From Nemertoderma westbladi (Eukaryota; Animalia; Xenacoelomorpha), in contig JAUCBJ010009018.1 in the NCBI GenBank assembly GCA_032718475.1, positions 1,096 through 65,095 of the forward strand: 64,000 nt of DNA, written 5' to 3'. A program made the translations under genes and the position numbers. Position 1 is the first letter of the stretch; every line of letters starts with the position of its first letter. The notes under the pieces were generated by a model that did not search any database, was not told where the DNA came from, and saw only the letters and a program-made list of their open reading frames with translations. Below are positions 46,012-59,000 of the stretch, one piece after another.

Positions 46012-46376
46012 GTCCAAGTATGACGTCAGAACTTTTGGGGGGGGGGGGGGGGAGGAAAATCTGATGACGTGCTGATGAGGGGAGGGCAGAGGGGGTCTGC
46101 CAAAATCTGATCAAAATGTTCATTTATAGGTGCTAGAAGAGAAATAGCAGAAGAGTAAATAGCTTGCCTATTTTAATTGTTCGAAGCCCCCGAAGGCCTG
46201 TAGCACGACCTTGTGTTTCAGTTACCAGTCACCATCTTTCAGTGATTAGGACGCGAAAATTTTTTTAATCTGATTTAGGGGAGGGGGGGGGGGGTCAACG
46301 CCTATCTGATGACATCTGATTTAGGGGAGGGAGGGGGTCAACATTTTGGGGAAAAGTGCAGACGTCATACTTGGAC
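46012..46376. mobile_element. MITE with TIR gtccaagtatgacgtc
   Basis: gtccaagtatgacgtc ... gacgtcatacttggac, with internal poly-G tracts. Confidence 0.65.
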
Positions 46377-48628
46377 GACCCCTTGCACTGGGAGCTGGTG
46401 CAGAAATGTGCTACGCCTGGCAGCCTGGCAAGGTGCTGAAAGGGCTAGCGCAGAGTATTTAATGAATACATCGGCAATGATAGAGTTGCTGCACTCGGCG
46501 AGATTTTAGAATTGAGGCATAGCTTTGGCATAACTTGGTGCCGCATTCGGCACAGAAAATAAAACTTTTCAATATTGAGTCTGGCTATTGATTGTTGTAT
46601 TAGGTCTACCAGTACTGTTCCATTGTACTCTGTACTCGTACAGTGGTATATTGCAGTATTGGGGGGTCTGCCCTGTGCGCGGCCTTTTTTACAATTTTGC
46701 TTAGTTCATAGATAGACAATCTGAGTCGGCGTGCAAAGCCTTCAAAATTGCATTGGCGCAGGGTGTTACACAATTGCTTTTCAGCACGCGAATTGCTTTA
46801 AAATTTTGTTGACACGCGGTTCGCTTCAAAATGGCATCAGCGCGTGGCACATATAACAATTTTGTGGCAGATTTGGGATGGATTCTGAACAGGCTGCCTG
46901 CATCATTTCTGGCCTTGAGCAGACTGGCCTTGGCTGTACCATTGGTCCTGTTCGGATACGGGCTTTGGTCTATGCGGATGGTGTTCTTTTGCTTGCGACA
47001 TACATCAGCTTGGGATACTGATAGTGAACATATGGTGAACAGATTGTAATTTGAGGCTTCACTTATGGGGTTGAGTTTTGAGGTCTCTAACAGTCTAAAT
47101 AAGATGGTTTATGGCGAGTCAGAATCATAGAAGACGTACCGGTATGGGCTGGGGGCAGGGGGGTGATATCTGAGGTATATTAGTATGTAACATGTTTACA
47201 TGGTTGCTTAGCAATCTATATTGGATAGTCAGCTGGTGGCTGGGTATGTCAGTATGCGGTATGGCATGACAGTTGTCCTGTAACATTATATGCAATACTG
47301 CTATACCGGTACATATAACTATATATTATATCTGTATATCTGTATATGGAAGTATTATATGACTATTATATGTGTATTATATAAATATATTGAAAGACAT
47401 AACATGGCGCAGTGTGTTTTTAGCCAATTCGGCAAACGAACCAACGAACGGTCATTCGCGCAGGTGCGCGTCCGAAGCCTGGCCACCCAGTACCGCATGA
47501 TTTTTAGCGGTTATGCTCGTTGCTCTCCTCTAACTGTCTAAGTCATACCCACTTCCACGTCTGATGACGCTACTCCTGACACCTGAAAGCAAGGTTACCG
47601 TTACATACGATATTAAAACGATATTAAAATGATAATCAATACCGGTATGGATATGGATATTAATATCTAATATGGAGTTCATTTCAAGCTGTTTTTCTCT
47701 CAAGTCCTTGTTCTCTGAGAGAATATAAACCGAACCAGTGACTACTAGCGTTGCTGTCCGGTAGTACATCATGCAGTCCAGCAGTCATGGCAGGCCATAT
47801 TTCCCCCCCCCCCCCCCCCCCCCCTCCCGGACCCCAGCAATTTCAGGTTCATCCGGAATCCGGACATTGCCGGCGTACAGGCCAGGCAGATAGGCGTAGC
47901 ACATTTGCCAGTTCCCGGAAGCCTGCCACCTGCTGACCTGCGGGGCAAGTTGAAATGATGCACCGAATGTGTTCGCTGTCTCCTCCGTCTGGCTATTCGC
48001 AGTTCGGCGTGCATGTAAAACTTGTCAGTCAGTCAGTACCGGTAGCAAGCTGAAAGCTGAAGAGGACTTAGCACCATACGGTAGGCAGTAGGCTATCCAG
48101 TATCCAGTATCGGTCAGCCGGTAGGCCTACCTCTGTACCTGTCTGCTTACCGACAGAACGGCAGGCAGGCAGGCTGGCAGCGGCAGGCCTACAGCTACCG
48201 ACAGTCTGGTGACACAGCATATTTTGCCTTCTGGCCCCCTGAAGGGCCTTTCCACTAGATTTTATGTCAGACGCTGCATTCGAGATTCGAATAGGTACAG
48301 TCAGACAGTAGGGCAGTAGGCCTACTGTAGATACCGGTAGCTAACTGCATTCTACTGTTCTACTACATCAGTACATACCGGTATATGGTAACATACTAAC
48401 ATACATAGGCCTACTGCTGTACTGCAGTACTGAATAACAACATTCTGACATGAGTTTTACTTAGGCCTACCACTTACTGTAGGTTAGTTAGACAGTAAAA
48501 CTATAGCACCCATCATACTGTCATATCATAGTACTGTATGCTGTAGTAGGCCTACAGTCAGAGGAGTCCAGCAGTCTGACAATTGTTGACAGTCTTCATG
48601 CATGGCCTACCTTCAGGCTGTCAGGTAT

Positions 48629-49521
48629 GTACTAAAAGGTAGAAAGATCTATACTGCTATAACAGTATAACCAGATAACGGGCTATAACCAGAACAATCT
48701 ATAACGATAACGGGCTATAACTTATTCCTATAAACAAGCTATAACCACCTATAACGAGCTATAATATGAAAATTTACATTAAAAAAACGCCCCTTCTAGC
48801 CTTGGGTGTGTTTAACTTTTGGATTAACACGGTGGTCTGAAAAATACCGCAGGTTAAATGTTAGGGTAGGCCTAAGCCTATGCCTAATTGATACTGGTAA
48901 GGTTTTTTTTTATTTGGCTATATTGCTCACTATATTCCTGTATTCTATATCGACCAGAAGCTGACAGCGGATAGCAGAATGGAGGATAGACAGAGAGATG
49001 GGAACCTCTCCACTGCGCTGCACTGTCTGATAGTCAGATCAGGGGTGTAAACGCTACGCCGACAGCCGACAACCACTGCCGACAACAGCAAAAATGAAAA
49101 TGTAACTTGAGTTCGTGACTCTCGTTTATTGTTTTGGTTTAGAATAACCTTACACTGTAACCTGTTCCCTTCCCTAAATTAATAATTAACATTAATTAGC
49201 TTTAATAATGGTTGTCTGCGTTGGTTGTCGGCTGTCGGTTGTCGGCGTAGCGTTTACACTCGATAATCAGTAGTGGGATGCTGACTAATGCAGTAATGAC
49301 TATGATTTCGTGATACCACAAAGATGAAAAACATTATGGACTAAAAAACCAAATTGTGTAATTAAATTACTGACTAGGAAAATAAATCCATTCTAAAATA
49401 GGTTTTTTTTATTGTAAATTTTCAGATTATAGCTCGTTATAGGTGGTTATAACTTGTTAAAGGAAGTTATAGCCCGTTATAGATCGTTATATCCCGTTAT
49501 AGATCGTTCTATCTTTTAGTA
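48629..49521. mobile_element. MITE with (ctataac)-type subterminal repeats, containing a nested MITE at 49025..49259
   Basis: gtactaaaaggtagaa...ataaccacctataacgagctataat is mirrored by attatagctcgttataggtggttat...ttctatcttttagtac. Nested TIRs gtgtaaacgctacgccgaca / tgtcggcgtagcgtttacac. Confidence 0.75.
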
Positions 49522-51082
49522 CGTCCTACCTTCATATCTTGAGTGCTTGAAATTGAGATTTTATTACATTACGGTACCGTACAGTATTGCAGTACAACAG
49601 TAGGATATTATACTAGAGTGTACTACCATTATCATCAGACCATACAATAACAATACCCAGTATATTACCGGACTACTAGCTAATGCGCTAACCAACAATA
49701 TCGTTTATTGTTTTGGTTAAGAATAGCCTCCCTCTGTAAACTGTTCCCTTCCTTTCAAGCAGATTGGTAACTTAATTTTCCCATGATCAATATTGCCAAC
49801 CTTCTATCTATCTATAGTTATTTTTGTCTGTAGGCTTTTGTCTGTTTCAGTCGGGCACTTTGTAAATATTGAAATATGTCAATATTGACATATGTACAGT
49901 GTGAAATTCTCCAGGACGGGGAATGTCAAAATTGACATGGACATGTCAATATTAAAATTTTTTTACCTGGCGTGTTCAAATTTTTACAGACGTGTTTTTT
50001 AGCGGAATGCTTAGCGGAGCATGCACCAATTACTCTCCTTCTAGAACACATGCTATGTGTTTGATACAACCCTCACATTTGAAGAACACTTAAAATCAAC
50101 TCCTCCAAACGTGTCCAACAGGGGGACCCAATGTTTTTTGTTGCCCCTACGGAAAAACAAAATCAAAAAGTCAATTAATGTTCCACCTGAACAGTGGTAG
50201 CTAGTCATAATTACTTTTCGCGCTTTTAGACCTTTAACAGTTGTTTAACCTGCTAATTTATGTGTCTTATGGTGTCTGACAGCCCGTACAAAATATGACC
50301 ACAGCAGAAGCCAGTCTAGCGCGGCTTATGACCCACCGTGTATGTGGGAGACTGAATTCTATGGCCGAGAATGGGGTAGGCTACTTTGTATTATTCGATA
50401 TACAGTATAATCTCCAAAAACTATGTTTACTTTCAGGGCAATATCAACAGTTACTTTAGATGCTGCGCTTTAAATACAGTATCAGACAGAGTTATGACTT
50501 ATACTAATTACAACTGAGGGTTATGAAACGTCACAGTGTTTACATTCTTTAGGAATGTATAATTATTCGCTCGCACTCACTTTACTGACAATAGTACTGA
50601 AATACGCTAATTTGCCGACTGTTACCAATTTTACTCATATATACGCTAATTTGCCGACTGTTACCAATTTTACTCATATATAAGGATAAATTTAGCTCAC
50701 TTACGGTGGGGTTATGAAATAGCACAAAATTCATACAGACCACTGTAATTTGAGCCAAGCAATTGCTACTAATGTTCCCTTCTGCTTTCCTCAATAATAA
50801 AGAAAGTTAGGGGGAATTATCGATTATTCGTAAGTATTCTCCAAATATAAACATCCATTAAATATGTTACCAAACAACAATGAATAACAGTACAAAACAG
50901 TATAAAATTATGTGGTGGCGGCAGTTAATCAACAGTCAGATGTGCCATTATAACAGTCTGAGTTTTGGATGTCAGTACAGTATGTGTTTACGAGAGGTAA
51001 TTGACTGTGCTTGATAGCCATCTGGCCGCTGATGGTTTTGGGCAGAAGTTAGAATGAATGATTTTGTTGCACTGCGGCATAT

Positions 51083-52108
51083 TCATGATACAAGTAAACA
51101 AGGCCTCAAGAAATCGTAAAGTGAAAATTTAAATTGTTCTTTAATAGTTCGAGTTTCTACTAGTGGATCAATAACTAAACAACCTTCAGATTTTGCAATG
51201 ATAAACTGCAACCCAGAAGCAGTATGCTGACCATGAATGTCTGTATCTTCAGTTCCAATAGGCCTACCACCATACGAATAGTCGGGGCTGTCGTTTTCCC
51301 GTTTTTCGACAACAAAATAATCTCCAGATGGTTCATAAGAATTATCTTTGTCATCTTGTACAGAGAGAACAACTTCATGTTGCCTTTCTAATGCTTGCCG
51401 TTGTTGCTGATTTTGTTCACTCACTATCTCCCTTTGACTATTTAATCGATCTAATACAAAATCGATATTATTTAATTGTTTCATTTTATTGTTTACAGCT
51501 TCATGCATGGCTTGCAGATTTAAAGAGGACTCGTTTAATCTTTCCCTGTAAAGGGAGTCCTCGTTCGCCCGGGAGACTTTCCCTTTCACCCCCATGGGCC
51601 CCATGTCCCTCACCAACTCAACCGAACCGATGGACACGGCCGGCCATGAGGCGGCAGGGTGTCCATCAAGAGAGTTGATGATGGGAGACAAACTGGGGCC
51701 CAGAGTATGAATGTTATGTGGGTGGGCGAAGGCAGTGCTGTACATTATGTCTGCCAGCAAAGGGGTTGGTCGCACCTGTTTAGGTCGAACAGTGGGCGTA
51801 ATTATTCTGTCCCTATATACTGTAGAAGTTTTAAGATGTAGACTCGCTGTTTGGCTATTCGCTACAGTAGTTGTCGTAATGCCAAAGGGTGTCAATTTGG
51901 TTTGGGTCACATTAGCCGCTGATGTCACGTTCGGCTTGGAAGGATTTATTAATAAACCAGTACGGGGAACCATGTTTGGCGCTTCTAGAGGTGTATTAAT
52001 AGGTCTAAAAAAGTCAGAGTCAGTTCTGGGTCCTTGGGGATTTTTAATGGAATTAGCGGGATGTTGAGGTGGCAGTTCTGGCAGGTGGTGGCGTTCAGCT
52101 CGTTCCAA
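51083..52108 (-). CDS. Chimeric ORF: Gag-like region fused to a captured ZNF-gene fragment
   Basis: N-part HHLPELPP... is similar to Gag HKLPDLPP. C-part EVVLSVQDDKD...RTIKEQF is almost identical to the ZNF ORF at 41530..41776. Confidence 0.6.
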   Translation of the reverse strand: MERAERHHLPELPPQHPANSIKNPQGPRTDSDFFRPINTPLEAPNMVPRTGLLINPSKPNVTSAANVTQTKLTPFGITTTTVANSQTASLHLKTSTVYRDRIITPTVRPKQVRPTPLLADIMYSTAFAHPHNIHTLGPSLSPIINSLDGHPAASWPAVSIGSVELVRDMGPMGVKGKVSRANEDSLYRERLNESSLNLQAMHEAVNNKMKQLNNIDFVLDRLNSQREIVSEQNQQQRQALERQHEVVLSVQDDKDNSYEPSGDYFVVEKRENDSPDYSYGGRPIGTEDTDIHGQHTASGLQFIIAKSEGCLVIDPLVETRTIKEQFKFSLYDFLRPCLLVS

Positions 52109-52619
52109 GCGTCTTCCTCTTCTGGAAGTTCTGGAGGTAAAAAGTGATTAGGCGAAATCTGCTTAAAATTTGCTAATACAGTAATACTTTCGAATTAGTA
52201 CTTAAATTAAATTTAAGTCACGTGCTGCGCGAAGGCCCCACTTCGTGTATTGTAATACAGTAACAAAGATAATATTGACACAAATACAATCTTGGCGAAT
52301 TTATATTAGTAATTGTTAAATATCTATTACAGATAGCAGCAGAGGTTACAATGGCATGTCATTATATAATCAAAACAATAAACGAAATCAATATAGCAGG
52401 TTAACGTATAAATTGGTCGTAAATACCGGTATATCAATTATTTTAAAATAACTGAATTTCTGAATTTCAAGGGTTACTTGGTTACTTTACTTACTTTATT
52501 ACCGTTATTTGAGCAGTAATCCAACTGATATTGAGACCTAATGGTTGTATGGTAGGTCTACTATTTATAAATCGTTAGATTTGATTTATAATATATATAT
52601 ACCCGTTTTAATGGGTTCC

Positions 52620-54050
52620 ACCAGTTCTGGAAGAGGTATAGCACTCGAATTGTTTGGTCCTGTTTTCCTTTGACTGAGTGTCCGACTGTTGTTTTTCTAT
52701 GGATTCGATTTCTTTTAATATGATTTCTCGTTCCATTTCAGTTTGTCTTCTTTGCTGTTCCGCTAAGAACTGATTCTCGCGCCTTTGTTCCTCCGCTTCC
52801 AGTTTGCGTTCTTGTTCCTCCGCTTCCAGTTTGCGTTTTCGTTCTTGTTCCTCCGCTTCCAGCTGGCGTTTTCTTTTCTCAGCCTCATACCCATGCCGTA
52901 ATCATTCATCTTCTACCTGATTGATTGTCTAATTGTTTTAATTTATTTTGTTTTTCCTCTTTGATCCGATCCATATTCGCCTTTCGTTGGCTTTCTGAAT
53001 CCATTTCTTGGTCGATATCCCTTAGAATCTTCTTGGTTGTGGGACTAGTCAGGAGGTGCCCACGTAATCTCCTTATGAGCTCTTCTTCCCCCACTCTCTT
53101 TATATAATTTTGCGGATAGTGTTTGCGGATTGTGTCTTCTTGTGCTGCTTGAGTTTCGGGTTCAGTCTGTGAATACCCTTCAACGTCACAGACACCAATT
53201 ATGGACGGATGATTGGAATTCAAAACTACGGGTTGAGAAGGTTCCTCTTGGAAGGAGAGGCAAGTATGTGATGAGATGGCGAATTTTCTTATATTCTCAC
53301 TGGATGTGGTCTCTATCACTGCAGCTCCTGTCCGAACGGCGGATTGGTGGAAGGCGGAAAGGATTATTCGTATACGTATGATTCTCTCCTTGATGTCATA
53401 GAAGAGAGACGGGGTGTTATCTATGTTTGGGTCCCATAAGATGGTTTCAAAGCCGGAGATTTGTTTGGCAAATCCGGCTTGAAATCCTCTCAGGGTCCTT
53501 CCCACCTTTGTAATGTCTGTGGGATCCGCTGGTACCTTCAATGCCGTCAGTTCATCAGAGGTGGCAGAATGTAGTGGAAAAACTTATCCAGCGAAGGATA
53601 ATCGTAATCCCGCAATACAGCGTGTTGCATCTCTGTGACGGACATGGAAAGTATCTGAACTTTCAATCCCCTTTCGGTGGCTCGATAGTTGTCAATGGCC
53701 CTTAGTAGGCCGATTAATAAACCTGGGGAAGGGGCCATAAGAGGGTCCGTTCCTGTTGGCAGGTTCAATCCTGTGTCTGTGTTGACTTCCATCTGGTCTA
53801 GGTTGGAAGTCGCAGTCACTCGCGGTCGGTCTGGTTCTGTCTCGAGGCCAGTAGTGGATTGGTTAGTTCTGGTGACAGGGGGTGGTCAATTTAATTTTGA
53901 GGGCATAATGGGGTTGCCTAACTGATTCGAATTGGAATACTCCGGCTCGGACAATTCTCCAGTCGGAGATCTGTCCGGGTCGGAATGTATCGGTATCGCA
54001 GTCACATCAAGATTAGCGGCTTGTTCACTAAGGGAACTGTCTGAAGCGCT
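52620..54050 (-). pseudogene. gag: N-terminal gag of element C, frameshifted
   Basis: TDPLMAPSPGLLIGLLRAIDNY is similar to B SDPLLILPAAVLTRLLIAVEEH. Coiled-coil EAEEQERK repeats. Confidence 0.7.
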
Positions 54051-54069
54051 CTTGTTGATACTACTACTA

Positions 54070-55085
54070 CTAGGTCAAGCGAACTCGGAAGGTGGAAATG
54101 AGATCCATCCAGGCTTCCAGATTCTCCATAGTTGTCGCAATTTCATTTCTCCCAAGTTCAGTATCCCTTTCAAGTTGATCTATATATGTTATGGCTGGTC
54201 GTCCACGACTACGCTTTCCATGAGTTGGTTGCCAGAAAAGTAGATCTGGTATGACCTCGTCTTTACTTCGCCAGCAGTGCCTACTGAATCTTAATCTGCG
54301 TTCACGGAAGGTGGTTGATACAGGTGGTATTGTACCATAAAGCTCGGCGTTTGTCATGTGTTGTCTCCAGCTGATGTTTAGGGCTGCCCTTAGTAGTCTT
54401 GTGTAGCAACCATCAATTCGTTGTTCAAGTGATTTAGTCAGTGTCCAGGTCTCACCCCCGTATAAAAATACACTTTCCACTGTGGCTCGAAAGAACTTCA
54501 GGTGCCTGGAGAGATCTGATTTCCAGATGGTATCCATTTTTGATAGAGCTACCCAAGCCTTTGCTTTCCTAACTTCTATGTCGTTTTTGCTACTCTCTAT
54601 CCATGATCCAAGGTACTGGAAATCATCGACCTTCCTTAGTTGATTATTATCAATGCTTGTCAAGTTTCCATCAACATTAAAGGTCATGAATTCGGTCTTT
54701 GTAGCATTTATATGCAATCCAACCTCCTTAGCAGCCCTCTCCACTTTATTTAGTAGAAGCTGTGCATCTGCTAGCGTATTAGAGAGCAGGGCGATGTCAT
54801 CCGCAAAGTCGGTGTCTGTGACTGTATTCGCCGGATATCTACTACTTCTGCGTTCTTGAAGTGTGAATCCCAGATCTTCACCCTTTGTGGCCGTCCTCAT
54901 TGCGTAATCCAGCACAATTACAAATAGTAATGGTGCTAATGTGTCACCTTGCAGTACGCCGGCCAGGATTGATAAAAACTCAGTTTCACCATCTGGTGAG
55001 AGTACCTACGCTTCTGTGTCACAATATAACAATCCAATGCCAGCAACAATTACTTCTGGTATTCCATAAGCTCTTAGGATATCAA
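54070..55085 (-). mobile_element. 5'-truncated RTE-clade LINE (RT C-terminal half), inserted at the 5' end of element C gag
   Basis: DFADDIALL, FQYLGS, FFRATVESVFLYGGETW, RRLRFSRHCWR; 3' (tag)n tail. Same family as 1435..2015. Confidence 0.93.
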
Positions 55086-56092
55086 GCGTTTCAAGCAAGG
55101 GAACTGTCTGATACTTGTTGTTGTTGTTGTTGATACTTGAATGATAAGACATTTTTACTTAATTTTATTCAATTTAATTTTATTTTATTAACCCTTTAAG
55201 TGGTTATTATGCCTTAGCTTTATTATCGACTATTTATTGTAACAACAATAATATATTACAAATAATTATTACAATCGCACCCAAAATAAATTACACGGGA
55301 TTAGAATAATTAGTTTTTAGTTCACAAATTAACAATCACCGGTAAATAATAAATATAGGACCGGTAAATTATTTGTCAAGAGTAATGAATGCTGTGATAA
55401 ATATTCTGTTCCACCACTTGGTGGGGAAAATTATCAGGTTTAACTCTCCACAAGCAAGGATGTCACCACAAGGCAATGAATTACCTCCTATTGGTTTAAA
55501 GGTTAGAACAACTCAACAGTAAGGAAGGTAAGGCTACTGTACCTAGGTAGTATACCACTATTTATTTGCAGTGAAGGCGTGCAATTGTATTGCAGAAGGC
55601 AAGGTGTGCAATTATTGCTGAAGGAATTGCGTGCAATTATTATACCTACTAGGTAGAGTTGCGGCTGTCTGAAAGCGATGCAACAATAAAAAAATACAGA
55701 AACATAAAAACACGTAAAAAAATTATTAATTTAAAATAATTTAGAGTTAAAATACAAAAAAACCGATTAAATTATCAGAGTTTAATATTTATTATTATAG
55801 TTTAGTTACAGCCGTATAATTATTTTTAGATTCTTAAAGATTTATCTATTATAACAAAGATTCTTCTTGACAACCGAAACTTTATTAATCATCTTCTTTA
55901 CCAGTTCCGCGTTATTACCTATCCATTGTCTTGTATAATGGCTCGGTTAACATCGATATCATTTTATTGAAATCCGAGTGCCAAATATGCAAAATGGTCG
56001 CGGCAATTATTATTGGTGATAGTAAAGGTAAATGTGAAGGTTTATATCGCAGCAGAAACGTTGTTGGAATGTCGTTACGTGTCGCTCACAGA

Positions 56093-59000
56093 TTAAACTT
56101 GGCAACTGAATACCGGATGAGAGAGGATTCTTCTTGCCTTCGGTCTGTCCGCTGGATTTATTCTCAAACATTGGCGGATTAAGTCCTTGAGACTGTCCGA
56201 TAGTCTATCTGCTATGTCTGGGTGGCTTTTAGAGTTGGCGATCTGCAAAAAAAAGGATGAATAAGTTATTACATTACCTATGGGTGGGGTAGCGATACTT
56301 CAATAATTTTTAAACTTCTTTTATTTCATCTAGAGCAGATTTTTAACAAGATTCCAATTTTGAAAACCGGTTAGCAAGATCTGTCTTACTTAACTCGAGA
56401 TATGGCTGTCTGTCCGTTTTACTGTCGGTTTGTCGGACAGTATGTCTGTCCATCAATAAAAAGCTTACTATCTGTCTAAAAAATTACCTGTATGGGTTTT
56501 CGGGGTCTGTGACTTCATTTCTGATTTCATTAATCAAATTTGGCTTTGTCGGTTCTGTCTGTATGCCTGTCACTCACTCTGACTGTCAAAATATAACCGA
56601 CAGTCTGACAGCCAAACAGACAACTTGGAAGTCATCAAATGTTAAAATTGACACTCAAAATGAATTCTGCGACCAGGATAACCCATATAGCTTAACTATT
56701 AGCTCAATGGTGTGCCTTTTTCTTATATTTGACAGACAGATAGTCGGATAGTTAGAAAGACCGACAGACAGACATACAGAGAAACTAGATTTCATTAAAA
56801 TTAAAATCTGACCTCAGAAATGAAATATGCTTTCTTGTTGATAGATATATATTGACAGACATTCTCACATATTAAAAGACAATTTTTGCGCGGGAAGGTT
56901 AAAATTTTAAAGACAATTACTGTATCTTGGAATGGTATTTATTCATTTCAACGAAATTTAAAATTTAATAATTTTTATTTATTAAATTATTATTATTATT
57001 AAATAAATTTAATAATAATAATAAAATTTAAAGAAAAAAATAGAAAAATAATTAACTACTTTGATAATAAAATTGGAAATAATCAATATACAAAAACTTT
57101 TGACCAATACTTTTATTCAACCATATATCCTAATTATAAATTCGAAATAACTAGTTATATAACTGATGTTTGTTCGAAGAGTAGTGTTTTTTAGTAATAG
57201 TAATAATTTTATGCTACTAATTAGGACTAAATTATTATAACTATATTATTTAAAAAAAAAAATTTTAAAACAACCTTCAGTTATCGATTGACCTTTATAC
57301 CAAAAATTATTCAATGGGGTTCACGACTCAAATTCAAAACCAGATTAATTAGATGCAATAATATCACAGAAACACAATGGAGTTTACAGAATTCAATAAG
57401 ATGCTAAAATAGCCGAGATATTGGTGTTTTCAGTTTAAAAATTATTCAAAATATGAAAACGATATGTGATTGGTCGTGACGTCACTATACGCCTCCGAAT
57501 CCCATTTATATCAACATTCAGATACCAAATACAATCTTTGTATAAATTGGGGCAGTTGGTTACTGCAGGGACTGCTACATTAGTACTGTAGTACAGCAGT
57601 ACAGTGCAGCATGACAAAGCCTTGCCCTACTAATCAGTATTGGGGACTGCACTTACTACTGTATTGTACTGCTGTGCAGTTGTTAACGTTATAGCTAACC
57701 TCTACCGGTAGGCGGTATCCCAACTGACAACTACAGAACTACGGCTGTAGGGTTCTCGCAGCAGTTCGGTTTCGGTCTAACGTTTGGTAGGCCTATGGTA
57801 GGTTACTAGTGCCTGGTACCGTAGGCCCTATGTATGTAGTAAAATTTCTTCAAATTTCAAAATTGTTAATGAAAAAATTTATAATTTTCACCCCTCTTTC
57901 TATTTTCGATTCAGATTGGGTTTAGATTTGGTATAATTCTCGAGAGTGGGTCCAGATTGGGTTCAGATATGACTTAAGTACTATCCTTAAGTACTATCCT
58001 ATAATACTGTATGTTAACTTAATGACGAGTAAAAAAATATTACTTCAGTATAACTATTTCTTTTATAAAAAGAACGTACTATTTTATTTGTCCGACGTTT
58101 TTATCCGCATTTTCGAGGAATAGCATTCTACTATTTCGAGGAAATGCGGATTATAAAGATGCCAAAAAAATAATTTATTTTTGTAGAAGATGTTGTTTTC
58201 TTTTAAAAATTCACCTTTTCTCCGCAAAAATGCGGATACAACTACTTTTTGCCCAAAATCAACCCACATTTAGTGTGACGGAATCCACTGGAGTTGGCAG
58301 TGGTGAATCCCGACCGGTGTGTGGATTGTACGCGTCGCTGCGTCCGTGGGCTGCTGAGCTGGTACTGGATATATTAGGCCGAAGGCCGTTGGAAATGACA
58401 GAGTTAGGTTGTCAGTATTAATAATCACAGTAATCGATAATAGCACAGTCTGAATATAATAGTATACAATACAGCGATTAGTGACGACGGTCAAAACTAT
58501 TCCGGGCTCACAACTGTAAGGAAACCAACTAAACTAATAATCAACAATCACAACGGTTTATATCATTGACACATATTACATTAGCCCTACACTACAGGGT
58601 GGCCTTAATATCCAATAGATGCGCTCTATTCACCCTCAATGTGCTTTCCCGCTCACTATTGGCTTAACCTGATTAATTGTCACCTCACCACTCCCTGTTG
58701 CCGTTATCCCTTCGTGCTAGCCTTACTAGCTTGTTTGTCCCTCCGAGGTGGTTTGACCTCCCTCTCTGTGGCTTACGGCGTATGCCCCCCCCCCCCCCCC
58801 CCCCCTGTTGGTTATGAGGTGAGATTATTATTGGTAATCTCACCTCACCAACTATATTGGTAAAATGCCAAAATCTCATTTTCGGTGGGTAATGAACGGA
58901 ATTGAATCCGCTTACATTTAGAATTATAATATTAATTATGAATAATATATTAAATACAATTATTGGAAGTTGAAGGTACATTGAGCACACCAGTAGCTAC

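Larger units (their letters stand above)
50216..55140 (-). mobile_element. Degenerate BEL-related element C (diverged LTR remnant plus broken gag)
   Basis: 50216..~50900 resembles the A/B LTR (ttcgcgctttt..agaccttta..cagtt..aacctgc; gaagccag; cattctttagga). Gag-like pieces: IKERIIRIRIILSAF, GEEELIRRLRG, HHLPELPP. Confidence 0.75.

Noticed and set aside
58270-58990. Short ORFs as extra MAP3K1 exons
   Set aside because: No kinase similarity; exon 59610-59741 splices in frame directly to 56093-56242 and completes the kinase domain.
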